A stretch of DNA of 62,967 nucleotides, counting the filler. It is 15 parts of 15 records of this genome, joined end to end, with 100 filler letters (N's around TTAATTAATTAA, not from the genome) between each part and the next. Parts side by side here need not be neighbours in the genome. Positions count along the whole stretch, not along the records: positions 38,916 to 44,476 come from SRR9670534_1418; positions 44,577 to 49,592 come from SRR9670534_1423; positions 49,693 to 51,884 come from SRR9670534_1424; positions 51,985 to 54,407 come from SRR9670534_1425; 11 more parts are not named here. One strand, written 5' to 3'. Below are positions 39,607 to 53,887 of this stretch, piece after piece. The notes below the pieces were generated by a model. That model saw nothing but the letters and a program-made list of their open reading frames with translations, had not been told where the DNA came from and made no database searches. Position 1 is the first letter of the stretch. Each line of letters starts with the position of its first letter. The position numbers were made by a program, and so were the translations under genes.

Positions 39607-39968
39607 GCTTCGCATACTTTTGCTCATTTAATACTTTTTTAATGATTGTTATGTCTTCATTTATGAGATTAGAGTAATTTGGTTTTGATAGCTTTAGTAG
39701 CTTTTATTATTATTACCAGGATTAGTTTATTTTATAACATGCACACTTTTTACTGTTTGATCAATAATAACAAAGGCGGTCGCCATTTTGAAATCACCAT
39801 GGTAACGGCCTTGTAGCACTTTATAATGTATCAATTTCCACTTATTACGTTATTAATACCTAATCATCTGAATATTCTCTATTAATTAAATTGCTAAACA
39901 AGTTGTGTATAAAAATAAAGTACTAACAACAGATTCTGCTGAACAGAAATTTTGATACATCCTTATTA

Positions 39969-42109
39969 TTAATCACTATAGGCTTCCAGGAATTGCCGTT
40001 GGGGAATATTTAACTTGACCGACTTCTTCTTGCCCGTACTTTCACGCTTTCGAACAGGAGTCTCGAAAACTTTACTATAATTTCTTGCAATTTTGCGTCT
40101 CTGGGATTCCACGCTATTTTCTTTTCCATAGCAAAAGTATATTACCAATCCTACAAAAGCATTATAGCTGACGAATAAATGCAACAGTGTTATTAATAAT
40201 AATAATACTCAGGATTAATAACAATAACTATTAATTTATGATAAATTACAATATCATTTTATTAATACTTAATAATACAGGTAAAACTTTTTCTCCCAAC
40301 AATATGCGATTACCGCTATTCGTAACTCTAAGGGCATAATATATTTCGATTATTAATGGATGATTACCTATAAATAACCATATTCCTATCTTGATCCACT
40401 CCTGGTAATCAAATAAACTTATGACTAAACAAGATATAAAAATTGCTGCCAAAGGAGTTATGGGAAACCAAATAGTCTAAAAATGAAGTAACTTATAGTA
40501 ATAATATAGATTAATAAAATTCAAAGTGATAAAAACATGATATTAATAACATAGTTACCTGGAAAAAGCTTTGATTGTCCCTCCATTGGTAACTGTATAT
40601 AACAAGGAAGTTAAAAAGTATACCAATAATCAATACTATAAGTATCAGAATCCCATACCAAGTACCATCAGTGATGATGGAAGAATTTAACATGATAAGC
40701 ATTGCTAAACTGGCCAGAAAAAGTGTTAAAAATATTGTACATATTTTAGGCAGTCGTCCTTGAGTAAAACTTTTGACACAAGGAAACCACGCTTTTAAAT
40801 AGTCCCTAGGTTTACCAACCCAAGATTTCCTCTTTTTAAATTGTAGTTTATATGCAATGTCAAATTCTTCAATTTTAGTAAATCGTAAAAATATGACACC
40901 AATTGCTAATGCAATAACAGCAAAACAATTAGGAAGTGAGTAAAAGCTATAGGGGCTTAGCATATTAAAGCAAGCTCCGACGAAACAACCCAAAATTCCA
41001 ACTGATAAGTTGGAGATCCAAGGCACCCTAAGTTCTTCAGAAACATGGCTGAACCCTGAGAAAAATAAGCCTTCCAAAGAAATGCTGTAAAACATTCTAC
41101 TTATCATGTAATACTTCATCAAAATCTGAGCCAGAATAGACAGTGTAGCCACAATGGCTACAACTAACCCAGATACCGCCATATCGTTCTGAAATAACCA
41201 AGCACTGACCGTTGCACCATTCGCTGGTATTTCAGTATATGGTAGAACATATGACATGGCTAATATTGATGCCAAGAACAGAAAGAACCAAACAAGCATA
41301 GAAACAAAAATGCTCAATGGAACAATTTTCCTGGAATCTCCTTTGCATTCTTCAGAAACTGTTGCGAATGCATCAAAATTGCAGCAAAATGCAAAACTTA
41401 TAGGTAAACTATCATACATTACATCTGCAAAAGTTGTATTGAAAAAGCCACCATCAAGTATCCAATTTGATTCGTCACCACTGATGAAGAAAGCAATGAT
41501 CATATATACAACACCACCAGTACCAATAACGCCACCAAATATAGCCATCAATACAAAATGGCCATTCACAGGAATGCTAGCAAGGAAGGTGCAAGCAATA
41601 ATCATCAGAACTGAAGCCAAGTTAAAATATGGCCAAACATATCCTGAGTAACTGTCAGCGAAAATATTCAGGTTCTCTTCTTCCCATGAAACGATGGTCT
41701 GATTTGTTACTGAGTCAACGTATGCAACTAATAATTGACTAAGAGCAATAATTGCACACGCGTTTTCAAAAATAATTAGCCACCCAACCAAAAATGCTAC
41801 AAACTCTCCGACAACGGTGAACGTGTAGGAAAAGGTTGACCCTGCTTGAGAAAATAAGCTGGAAAATTCCGTGTACACCAAGGCAATCAGGAAGGATATG
41901 AACAAACCAACAATTAATGGAAATATGAACGCTGGTCCACAAACTGCTATTCGTTCAAAAAATAACAAAAATAAGTTACTACCATAGCAAGAACCAATAA
42001 ATGCCAGGTAAATCATCCATGATGAAATAGTCTTATTCAATGGGCTTTGGTACAGGAAAACATCTTCAGAACTTTTAGTTCTGAACAGCTCCTTCAAATA
42101 ATTGAGCAT
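39969..42109 (-). CDS. Cationic amino acid transporter-like (SLC7A/CAT, APC fold); exons 42109-40559, 40476-40368, 40150-39969
   Basis: About 14 TM segments, VYTEFSSLFSQAGSTFSYTFTVVGEFVAFLVGW, SEECK, SRMFYSISLEGLFF, C-terminal WIKIGIWLFIG|LVIYFCYGKENS. Confidence 0.85.
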
Positions 42110-42809
42110 GGCATCAAAGGTGAATATTCATGTTGCAAATTCACCTTTTGAGAAATTTATCACAACAGACACAGTAGACAACAATTGAGGATTGACGAAG
42201 TGAATATATGCTCCCCCCAAAGTTGTTAACAATAGGGGTTCTTTCATTGAAAACTCGCTTTCTGAATAAAATTTAACAATGCGCTGGTTACCAGGGAGCA
42301 TTATTCATATCTACCCGTGCTTCCAATTGTTTTGGATACAATAAGTGGCGTAGCACGCTGGTCCAAAGAATTCTCTCCATTGAATTATGCAACAAGTGAT
42401 ACAATACAATGACCTTTTCACAACTTTTCACCACTTTATTACAATAAAGTCGTAAAACATGCCATCGTTGTATTGCGTGGCATTGGTAGACAAATTGCTT
42501 GATGCAATAATCACTGATACAATATATTCTTAATCATAAAAAGGATTTAGCCTACTTATGTAGCAAAAAAGTCTTCCAAATGAATTAAATACTACAAGAT
42601 GGTTTATGATAACACATAAAAATCGATCATCGTCAATTCATCGGTAACAATTATAAATGTATTGAAATGAGGTAAAATGTAATCATTAGTATGTTAATGC
42701 CTATAACTTCTAGATAACTACATAGTACTAGTAGATAACTAATAGATAACTAGGTAATAGTATCATGTCAATTGAAAAAGGCTCGTTCATTTAAATGTGA
42801 TTTTTCTTC

Positions 42810-44214
42810 TTACTTTGCACCCGTACTGCCAAACCCGCCAGATCCACGTTCAGTATCACTAAGGCTCTGTTAATAAAAATAACAAGTTAACAATTAATGT
42901 TAATCAATTAATACTAATAACTATAGTAATAACTACAGGAGTTGATCACTCTAATAATTAGAGTCTAATTTCGATATTCTCAGTATATCGCTATTTTTCA
43001 TACATTTTTATTAACACATTTATTATATATTCCTTATTTTATACACAATACAGTATATGTATAAATGTAAAGATATAATACGTATACAGTTTTAATAGAG
43101 GGACAATTGCTCTACCTTCATTTGTTCCAATTCAGGGTACTCTATCCGTTCACATATTAGCTGTGCAATTCTTGTACCACGTTGAACTAAAAATGCATTC
43201 ATTGTAATTTGCAGTGCACTTAAAAACTGAAATAAAAGTTAACTCAATGGTTAACCTAGGTCCTAACTAACATTCCAAGTGTATATAAAAATGCTAAGTG
43301 AATAAGTATATGTCTGTACCTTTAAATTCTTCTTCTCCAAAGTTAAATAAGACAACACCTACATTTCCGCGATAATCCCTATCAATAACTCCAGCTAAAT
43401 GGAAAAAGATGTCGCATATAGCATAAATTTCATATCTAAGATTTACCGCCAACATCAATAAACTTCTTTGCAGCAAGACCCGAGCGAGGAGCTATAAAAA
43501 TGGTATATACCGTGTAAACATTATACCGTATAGGTAATCTTTGCAGCATATATCCTCATAATAGATACTCTGTCTAAGTACTGCATTAAAATTTTGAATT
43601 CTAAAGTCTTCTTATTTAAATGTTATTAATAAAGTTCATTATTAACACTGTATTTGCTGTGGCATAATACATAACATGTAATGTACTTTACTGAAAAAAT
43701 CATACCAACACGCCCATACGTTCCCTCTGGCACCTCAATCTGGATATCTGTCTTACAAACACATTTGCCTTTGGCTGGAACAATGTACTCATAAGCACTA
43801 AAAGTACATACAATATAAAGTTCTTGGAATTATAACAGTCTCTATTACAATGTGAAATTGTTTTCTAATGCCTATTCTGCTACAGCGTTGCTGTATCAAA
43901 TTACTGTACAATAGCAGGTATGCATATGTATGTAATATGCATTGCATATACTGTACTATAGGTTGTCTACCTATATGATATAGAATAGCTAATGGTGTAT
44001 GATATACATGTAGGTATCTATTGTAGTTGCTATCCATTAAAATCTAGGTAAAATAAGTACCGTACTGTACGTAATACATATTACATATGTACCCACTTAT
44101 GTATTACCTAAACAGATCATATCCAGCTGCCTCCTTTGATCCACGAATTGGGGGAGTTGCGTTTTCACTTAAACAAGCAAACTTCAATATTTTAGGCATG
44201 TTCTTAGCCATCAT
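42810..44214 (-). CDS. DUT: dUTP pyrophosphatase; 6 small exons (approx. 44214-44108, 43797-43706, 43491-43447, 43394-43320, 43187-43116, 42866-42810)
   Basis: All five motifs: [43 protein letters not shown]. Confidence 0.95.
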
Positions 44215-44672
44215 TCACGAATTGGTTCAATGTACTACAATGCACTTAATGTGTTTCCTAATAAAAGATCATTACGCCTTTATTCATACAAGAAATCTCA
44301 TGATACAGCAACAATAAATTACATAAGTACCTACTGTAACATGATACAGCAACAATAAATTACATACCTACTGTCATACATGTATTATACCTATTTAGAT
44401 TAGGTAGACTACAACTTGTAGTCTACAAGTTGTAGACTATAACACATAAAAACATATAGGTAGGCATAGTAGATTTNNNNNNNNNNNNNNNNNNNNNNNN
44501 NNNNNNNNNNNNNNNNNNNNTTAATTAATTAANNNNNNNNNNNNNNNNNNNNNNNNNNNNNNNNNNNNNNNNNNNNATGGGACACCTATACTTTTCCAAA
44601 AAAATTATTTTTGTGAAACACCCTAGTGTATACCTATGTGTCGTGGCCCATGTTGCTACGATGTCACGATGA

Positions 44673-44756
44673 TTTGTAATTTGATGTGACCACAACTGCA
44701 TCTATACTATACTGTAACCGTATACGGATACAGTTGTGGTCACATCAAATTACAAA
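44673..44756. repeat. 84-nt hairpin with 26-bp perfect stem
   Basis: TTTGTAATTTGATGTGACCACAACTG ... CAGTTGTGGTCACATCAAATTACAAA. Confidence 0.85.
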
Positions 44757-46698
44757 ATCGTAGTATATCACTGGGTGGTCAATTTATAATTATTCAATAA
44801 CATAGGTATTGCAAGTTGTATACCTGCCTAATATATGAAATTTATTTGCTTATTACTAATAATAAGTTTATTAATAAGAACGAAATATTTTCGACAACTA
44901 ATAGCAGCGAAGGTCAAGAAGCCCTTTCATTATTATTAATAATAATAATCTGCAAAATTGGTAAATTTGTCCATAGATGCCTTGCAAATTAGTACTGATA
45001 TACAAACATAACACTACTTGCTTTTAGCCAAGGGTAAATAGATGATGATATGATATAATAAAAACAGTTTCCATTTTCTATAAAAAGACATGTCATATAT
45101 TTTTGTTTTTGACAAGGGAAGACAGCATTATTGAATTTGCTGAGTACTCCATTGCTAAGAATGTGCCCATGTAAAATGAAATATTGCCACTGTCATAAAA
45201 TCAACTCGTGTCATATATTATTAAAAATACTAACTATAGGCAGGATAAAGAAAAATTCGTCACATTTCTTAACAAATTTGTTTGCGCCTAGCAGTTTTAT
45301 TTATTATTATTATTGATACGATTTTTTAATATTTACTAAATGTTTGATTCTTTTTAAAATATTACTGAAGATTTTATGTACTTATTTGCTCTATTTTTAT
45401 CATGCAATAACATGTGTGAAAACTGCAATAAGAGGTCTATCATAGTAGAATTGCCTAGAACAATAAACTCAACATATGTTTTCCTTTAAAATGCTTGGTT
45501 ATACAAAACTTTAGGCATTATCTGCATTATAGGTGTTATTTAAAACAATTTTTAAGTTTTTAATTATCATTATTAATTTTAAAATATCAATGTTTTTACA
45601 CTTCAATTATTTAATTTGAAAAATGTTCAAAACTTTGCAATATTTTCATTAAACATATCAAATATTTGTAAAAAGTGTGAATTAAAACATCTTGTTTCAT
45701 AATAATATTTATACGTGTTTGTTTGTCATGTTACTATTATTTTTAATATTTGACATGTTACACGTGTCTAGGAATGACACAATCAAATTGCCCTGCTATT
45801 ACTGTAGTTCAATACGCAATTGTGTCATTTAATTTGGCCAGCAGTAACGTGTTTTCGAAGATCATTTCAAAGGCAATTTGTTACAATGGTCATTGTTGTA
45901 CTTTATTATTATTATTATATTAATGATGATTAATAACAATAAACACAATTCTTGTAGATAATATGAGGGTAACTTTTGACGATAGAAAGCATTCATTGCA
46001 AGTGCTGAATCCATGTAGAAATGCGACTGATCAACGTCGAAATACAACCCGTCAATTTCAAATCCAAAACAAGACCTTTGCAACGCTCTATGATAGACTT
46101 TCCGAAAAAATCATTGTAAGTATTCATCAAAAAAAAAACATGAAGTTATAAAAGATTCAACAGGACATTCCTACGCTATCCTTATATGACTATTGAGAAT
46201 AATGTTCACATATTTTGTAATGGCCAAAACATGTTTTAAAATATTTTCAGAACATATTTCGAATTTTAGGCCCATAATTTTCGTTGTAAGCCCACAAAAT
46301 AAGATATTGTCATATAACTTATTGTGTAAGTAATAAAAGTAAACAACTTATTTAATAATAAGAGAGGATACGTAGAAATAATGCTATTATTAGAGGGTCA
46401 AATAGCGGCATCTCTTGACAAAATGATCCATATATAGTATAAATTATGCTGATATGTCGTCCATGTAGGTAAGGCTCACAGCTTTATAATACATAATACA
46501 AACAGCTGTGTTACATTGTTATTATTCTTCAACATGCAACTGTCATATTGAATAGTGCCATAGTGTACTATGCTAAAAATATTCAAATACATGTTATTTG
46601 TACATGAAAAGAATGCGGTACAATGGATGACATAGAATTCTCAAGTTCCTTTTTTACCTAATACTGAGTAATAAAATCGTAACGTATTCCACCTGAGC

Positions 46699-48890
46699 AT
46701 GGCAAGAAAAGTTCCAAGATTCCACTACAAGGGGCATACCCTCTCATCTTTGCAACTTAAGGAGGATCTAAGGGTTAATATTAATAATTATCTTAAATTA
46801 TATAATATTAATATGAAATTACATTATATAATATTGCTATTAGAAATTACGAATACGTTTAGTTATCTGAACAAGAAAGAAGATTTTTAAGAGCTTGTGA
46901 AAATGGTGATATACCAACAACTTGCTCCATGCTTCAAGAATTTCCTGCTCTAAATGTTGATGTTGTAGACTGTGTGGGTAGAACTCCGCTAAGAGTTGCA
47001 GTTTATAACGAGCATCTAGAAGTAAGTAGTCAAAAATTTATTAAAATATGTTATCTTTGATATTTAATAATATTGATACTATAGATATTGTTGATGTTAT
47101 AGATAGTTCAACTTTTAATCCAAAGCAGAAGATGTAAAGATACCCAAGGTCTTAAGAATGCCCTTTTACTAGCAGTTGACAGGGGTTATATATCAATAGT
47201 GGAAGAAATTTTAAAAGATCCTTTTTTCACCATATACCCTTCAAAAAATCACTGGTTCATTGATCCATTTCGAAGGAACAACCAAGAAGATCTGCTATCA
47301 TTTTCCGAATATTATTACCCTGATATATCGCCACTAATTTTGGCAGGTCAGAGAAACAATTTTGACTTGGTGCAAATGTTTCTGCAAAAGGAAGAGATTG
47401 AAGAACCGCATGATGTTCATTGTACCTGCAAAGAATATTGCAAAATTTATCATACAATTGATTCTTTAAAACATGCAAAACGACGCCTAAACGCTTACAA
47501 GGCATTATGCAGTGACGCTTACATCTTGCTATCTCACAATTCTTGCAAAGACCCTATAAACAGAGCATTTCATTTGACCAGAAAAATGGAACAAATGGCA
47601 GATGAAGACAAGTCACTGAAGGTTATGTGTTATCATGAAATTCTTATTCTTACTAAAAATACTATTGTCAATAGTCTATTGATCTGCTAAAACAGGTATT
47701 GTATACCCTATTTGAGGAAAAACGCTGATTGAACCTATGAAGCCAACGTTATTAATAAATCAATCGCGTTTTTCCCTCCAGATTTTATTTAGGCATGCAT
47801 ACTATGCATTGCATAGTTCTGTGTAATTACATGAACAAATGACACAATAACATGATTAATAATTATAAGAGAGTATTTACGATAATATATCTAGTTACTG
47901 CTACTAATCTGCTATGGCTTATAGTCTTGTAGTGCACCATGTGCAATGTTGCTTGCAGTACACGTTGTGCAATGTCGCTACTGACAGAATTCCTCAGCAT
48001 GAGCAGTTTTACCACGGCTGTTATTATTATTAATTTAATAAGTTATATTTAATAATTAATATTTAATAATAGTTTATATTATTATCAGAACAAAAAATTA
48101 TAGCAACAATTGCATACCCCAGGTGTGAACATGAAAGGTGAGATGGAAACAGCAGGCTATTGCTGTTATTATTGATAAATTATGCAACAGTTTGCACCTC
48201 AAATATGATTATATTTCATAAATATCTATGACTCATAATTTATTAAATCCATAATAAATTGAAACATTTATATTAAAGCAAATTCATTTAGTATTTACCT
48301 TCTTTGTTAATTATTAAATTCATTTCAAAACTTTATAACTTAAAATTTATTTGTTGTAGACAGAATATCAAAAATTAGCTGCGAATCTGAAACTGTTTGT
48401 AGTCAAACTGATTGATCAATGTCATAGACGTGATGAAATTGCCACCATACTCAATCACCATTCACTACCGGATTCCCGCTTCATATCACAAAGCGCCAGT
48501 CAAGCAACCATACCTGAAGATGTCATCATACACGCCAATACCAGTACCATCAAATATAAGCAGCCTGCTAATACCAAACCATTGGCTTTATTGAAAAAAG
48601 CCATTGATTATGGTCACAAAATGGTATTTGTCTCTTTTACAATTAGTAGGTATATATAATTGCACAGTTTGCATATTTTTGTTTAGTTTGTAGCACATCC
48701 AAACTGTCAGCATATTCTCTCAGAACTTTGGTATCCAAAGTTTGAATCACGGCTAAAATCTAAGAAAATGTCTTCAATTTTTCTAAAATTTCTTGACAAA
48801 AGGGGAACTTTGAAAAGTTATTTGGTAATATTTTGCATAGCTGCGTTTCTACCGCTCCACTTTATATCATGGGTTTCTCCAAAATCTAAC
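46699..48890 (+). CDS. TRPC-family cation channel, 5' part; exons approx. 46699-46773, 46863-47021, 47103-47621, 48360-48623, 48687-48890
   Basis: LSEQERRFLRACENGD and ankyrin repeats, ISPLILAGQRNNF, TRP_2 zinc motif PHDVHCTCKEYC..DSLKHAKRRLNAYKALCS, DPINRAFHL, FVAHPNCQHILSELW. Confidence 0.9.
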
Positions 48891-50106
48891 GTAAGAAGTA
48901 GTTGTTTGTGATATGCACTAGACTTCTGTTATTATTAATTATAATAAATTATTATATAATTTATTAATAATGATAATGTCTGTGAAATGGTCAAAGCTGG
49001 AACTGACAGTTATCATTATTACAACAACTATATTATTTATACAAATTTAAGTTAATGTTATTGTTAAACTGGATATGGATTATGTCTACTATTTACTACA
49101 ACTACAGTAGTACGGTTAAATTATTATTAAAAATAATATTATTAACTAACATCAGTAGTTAATTATAAGTAAGTACCTACTAGTTGATTATAATTAAAAG
49201 TGAGTGATAAGAAATCAAGTCTAATTTGTTACAGATATCTGCTCCGCTCAGATACATTTAAACCGCTGAATTTAATAAATGGTTTATTTATGGTTAATAT
49301 CATTTAATAATATATTAGTAAAAATACATATGTAATATATATGTATCGATCATATAGGTATATTATATATTGATTATTATTAAATGTAGATTAGAATGAT
49401 TTTTCAAAATTATAATAAATAAAAACTATCATACAAAACATATATGATTATTATATTATACTGTATAGTATATAGTATTATATTATAGTATATAGTACCA
49501 TGTAACTCCTTGATTGATTGTTCTTTTTTATTGCAGTGCATATATTATTGATCTTTGCGCTAGCCGTTATTAGTAGTTATATACCCTTACGGNNNNNNNN
49601 NNNNNNNNNNNNNNNNNNNNNNNNNNNNNNNNNNNNTTAATTAATTAANNNNNNNNNNNNNNNNNNNNNNNNNNNNNNNNNNNNNNNNNNNNTAAATTGG
49701 GCACTGCAGAAGAAACATCAATTATAATTATAATTCCTTATCATACAGTAACTTTGACAACAATACCATCTGCACCAACAGCTGATCCTCCATTTATTTG
49801 TAGGAAAAATTTGTACAATACTACTCACATACTATATTATCATTATAATAAATGGTAATGTACAATAAAGTTCAATGGCAATTGTAGCTTGTGACTTTTA
49901 CTAATAAGACCAATCAAGTTTGGACAATATTAACATAATATTGACAAAAAATTGAGCAATTAGATTTGTACTTGTAGTAAGTAACCAGTGTAGTTTCCAC
50001 TCAATTGCTTCACAACATTTCCCATTAATTTTTTATATAAGACAGTTTCCTTTCAATATTGCTACCAGATTGGTTGTAAATTATGCTTGCCCCTTTGGAA
50101 AACAAA

Positions 50107-51336
50107 ATGAAGATGTTTTACCTTTTAGCTGCTCTTTCAATTTTTGGTAATTTAATTTCATTTAAATTGCATCTGAATGAACAGTTATAATTTTAAAAAA
50201 ATTAAATCTCAAAATACTTTAAAATTTTTTAAAATTAAATTTGAATTACTTTAAAAGTTTAATTTCATTTAGCTTTGTAGTTAAATTTTAATTTAATTTT
50301 AAACAGTTTTAATTAATTATCCTTTTTAATTTAGATTTCTAAAAGTATTAACATTTTGTAAATTTAGAATTTCTATGTTGTACAGCAAATGATGACACTA
50401 GAAGATTGTATGATGATTTAATGAGGAATTATAACAATCTTGTTAGACCTGTCAAAAACAGTACAGAAAAAATGGTTGTCAGATTGGGTTTAAAATTATC
50501 TCAACTGCTGGACATTGTAAAATTTTAGTACTTCTAAATATGTAACTTTAATAATTTTACCATACAAACAGGTCAAATTTAAAATTTTATAATAATTTAA
50601 TATTTCAAAATTTTATATATGAATATTATTAATATATTAATGAATGATATAATTATAATTATATTTTTTGAAATATTTATATTAATTTAAATACTATTAT
50701 TAATAATATTTTATTATAGTAATGAATATTATTAATGATTTGCTAGGACGAAAAGAATCAAATAATGACAACAAATATGTGGCTGAGACAGGTATTTATT
50801 AAAAATATTAAAAGGTTATTATTCATTATAAAATATAGCAGGCTAAAAATAGTAACAATAATTATTAACACAGGAATGGCAGGACGTTAAACTGTCATGG
50901 GATCCAACTTTGTATGCTGGCTTAGATGTATTATATGTTCCTTGTGAAAATATTTGGCTACCAGATATTATACTATATAATAAGTATCTATTATTATAAG
51001 AATAATAATATTTCTTTTTATTAATAATAAGCACAATCTGTCCTTGCTAGCACCAATTTTATTTTTTCATTTTATTAATAAATAAAGTTATTAATTAAAT
51101 TAGATTAACTAGATTGAAATTAAATTTCTTTAAAAATATCTATTTATTTTAATTTAATTTAAATCAGTCAACTCATTTCTAAGATATACCATAATTGGGT
51201 CATATTTAAAAAAATATACTTTAAAGTCATGGGATGACTACCAATTGATTTGGAAACCAAAGCACTATGGAGGAGTAACACAAATTTATATGCCAATTGA
51301 TGACTTATGGAATCCTGATATCATGATGCATAATAA
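50107..51336 (+). CDS. Nicotinic acetylcholine receptor subunit (alpha-like N-terminus), 5' part; exons approx. 50107-50146, 50385-50516, 50747-50791, then 50874-50983 or 51227-51336
   Basis: Signal peptide, [64 protein letters not shown]. All exons are too short for the ORF track. Confidence 0.9.
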
Positions 51337-52395
51337 GTAAGGGGATGTAGCTTTTTCTTAATAATCAGCTCATCTAATAACAAACAAAGCCAATTATACT
51401 AACAGCATTAGTTTGCCTTTGACAGAAGGACTTAATTTAGCTAAAAATAATAAAGTTTCTAATTTATTTAATAATACATTGAATAATTTCCTAGCCAAAT
51501 TAAATTACAGAATCACTAATTTCATAAAGAAATATATTTATATTTAGTTAATTATTATTTAATGTTTTAAAATAATTTTTTCTAAATATATTTAAGTTGT
51601 GAATATAAATTATTATGACATTTTATTAATGAAATAAAATCTGATGAAATTTTCAAGTTGGACTTAAAGATTTATTATTTTCTAATATTATAAATGAAAT
51701 TTTGCTGGAATAATTTAAGACTAATTAAAAATGAAATTATATATTAATTTCGATTTATGTACTAATAATGAATTATGAAATAAGGGACTATTTATTTAAG
51801 TACAGAACTAGCAAAAATGTAATCATTAATAATTATTAAGAATTAGAAATTATCATCATGACATGTACTATATAAATTGCATATNNNNNNNNNNNNNNNN
51901 NNNNNNNNNNNNNNNNNNNNNNNNNNNNTTAATTAATTAANNNNNNNNNNNNNNNNNNNNNNNNNNNNNNNNNNNNNNNNNNNNAAAATTTAAAATTTAA
52001 AAATTTAAAATTTAGAAAATTAAAAATTAAAAAAATTAAAAATTAAATAAAACCAAAAATTAATTAAAAAATTTAAAATTTGAATTATTTAAATTTGAAA
52101 TTTAATTAAATTTTTCAGGTAACAGAAGGTTTCACAGTTTTCGCAATTTTCGAACCACTAATCAGCAAGCAAAATGTTTTAAACGTAATTTACCGGATTA
52201 CGGATCATTTCAGCAAAAATTCATCCAAATATTTTATTCAAAAATATCCAGATTTGGTCATATAGGCTTTATTTTGCTTTATTTTTATAAGATTTTCAAG
52301 TGGAGGAAAAGTTTTGGAAATTTTCCCATAGAAATCAATGGGAGAATTTCCAAGACTTTGTCTCCGTTTTCATTATTACGTGTTACCTATCAGGT

Positions 52396-53887
52396 ATGGA
52401 GTTCGCTGATATTTTGACGATATCAGGTATAAAGCAGGTAATTTTCCAAAGACTACCTTTTGGAAAATATCAAGGTAGACTAGCATTGTCAGCACATCAC
52501 GTGGTCTTGTCTAATGTGATTGGATCAATTAATAATGATAATTGCAATGAAAGCAACAGCGGCAGCCTTTACTATGATAATATTGGTGCTATAAATAGTA
52601 ACAATGAATTAACTGATAGCGGAACACAAGGCAGCTATTCTGGGCAAAGCTCACCTACGGAATTTTGGGTAGTTTACATAATTCTTGAAATTTGTGATTT
52701 TAATAAGTTGAATTTTTGAATTTTAGAATGCGTTTTATACTATTACTTAATAAGTTATTTTAATAAAACTATTTCAATAATTTTAATAATTTTTAATATT
52801 TTAATAATTGTTGAAGTATTTTAAATAAACTTAATTTTTAAAATTCTATTTTCTTTTAATTTTTAAAATTTTAATTCAAGTTTGAGTTATTGAAGTTTTT
52901 CAATTTATAATTTTTAATGTTTTAATAATTTTGAAATATTTTAAATAAGCATATTTATAGAATTTAATTAAATTTTAAATATTTTTTAACTATTTTAATA
53001 TGTTAAGAAATTAATATTTCAGTAAGCTTTGCTAATTTAGTAATTTATTAATTGAAGATATTATAATAAATTTTAATAATTCAATAATTTTTGAAATTTT
53101 GCTAATTGAAATGGTTTTCAAAACATTAATGATTTTAATAACATCATTTTATAAAAATTTTCAAGTTGTGAATATTTGTCATTTCTATTATAAAAGTTTA
53201 AATTTTTGAATTGTTGAATTTTTTTAAATTTTCAAATTTTAAAAATTTTTCAAAGTCAATTTTTTTTAATTTTTAAAATTTTAATTCAATTTTGAGTTAG
53301 TCAAGTTTTTCAATTTTTGAACTTTTTATATTTTTTAATTTTTCAATTTTTGAAATTTTTCAATTTTTTAATTTTTAAGTTTTGTTATGATTTTGTATAA
53401 TTTTGTAGATTTTAAATCAAAACATTGACACAGTGGAAAACATTGGTGGAAATACTCTATGCATTAAATGTAAAGACTTTCAAATATTTCACATTAAAAT
53501 CCATGACAGAAATGATCTGGAGAATCTGCAAACTTGTCTAAGAAAATTGATGCTTTTGGATGATGATCTTTTGAAATATCCCTTTTACTATTCACCGAGG
53601 TTTTGTAAGTAATCAAAATTTTGTGATTTTAGATGTTTTAATTTAGATTCAAAATCTATGAAGATGGATACAAATCCTTTCATTTTGAGGAAGAATTTGG
53701 CAATTTTCTATTGAGAACGGATGAATGGCGTTTCACGTTTGTTAACAAAGGATTTAACATTTGTCCCTCGTATCCAGAAATTTCTATTGTTCCCAAAGCT
53801 ATCGGTGATGACATGGTTAAAGAAAGTGCCAAATTTAGACATGGGGGACGCTTTCCTTCTCTATGCTATTTTCATAAAAAGAATGGA
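52396..53887 (+). CDS. MTMR9: Myotubularin-related protein 9, 5' part; exons 52396-52668, 53409-53599, 53647-53887
   Basis: MEFADIL..GRLALSAHHVVLS, IKCKDFQ, YPFYYSPR|FKIYEDG, WRFTFVNKGFNICPSYP..IVPKAI..SAKFRHGGRFPSLCYFHKKNG. Confidence 0.88.

Noticed and set aside
42810-44214. dUTPase as a viral or retroelement gene
   Set aside because: Five spliceosomal introns and no viral neighbours: an ordinary host gene.
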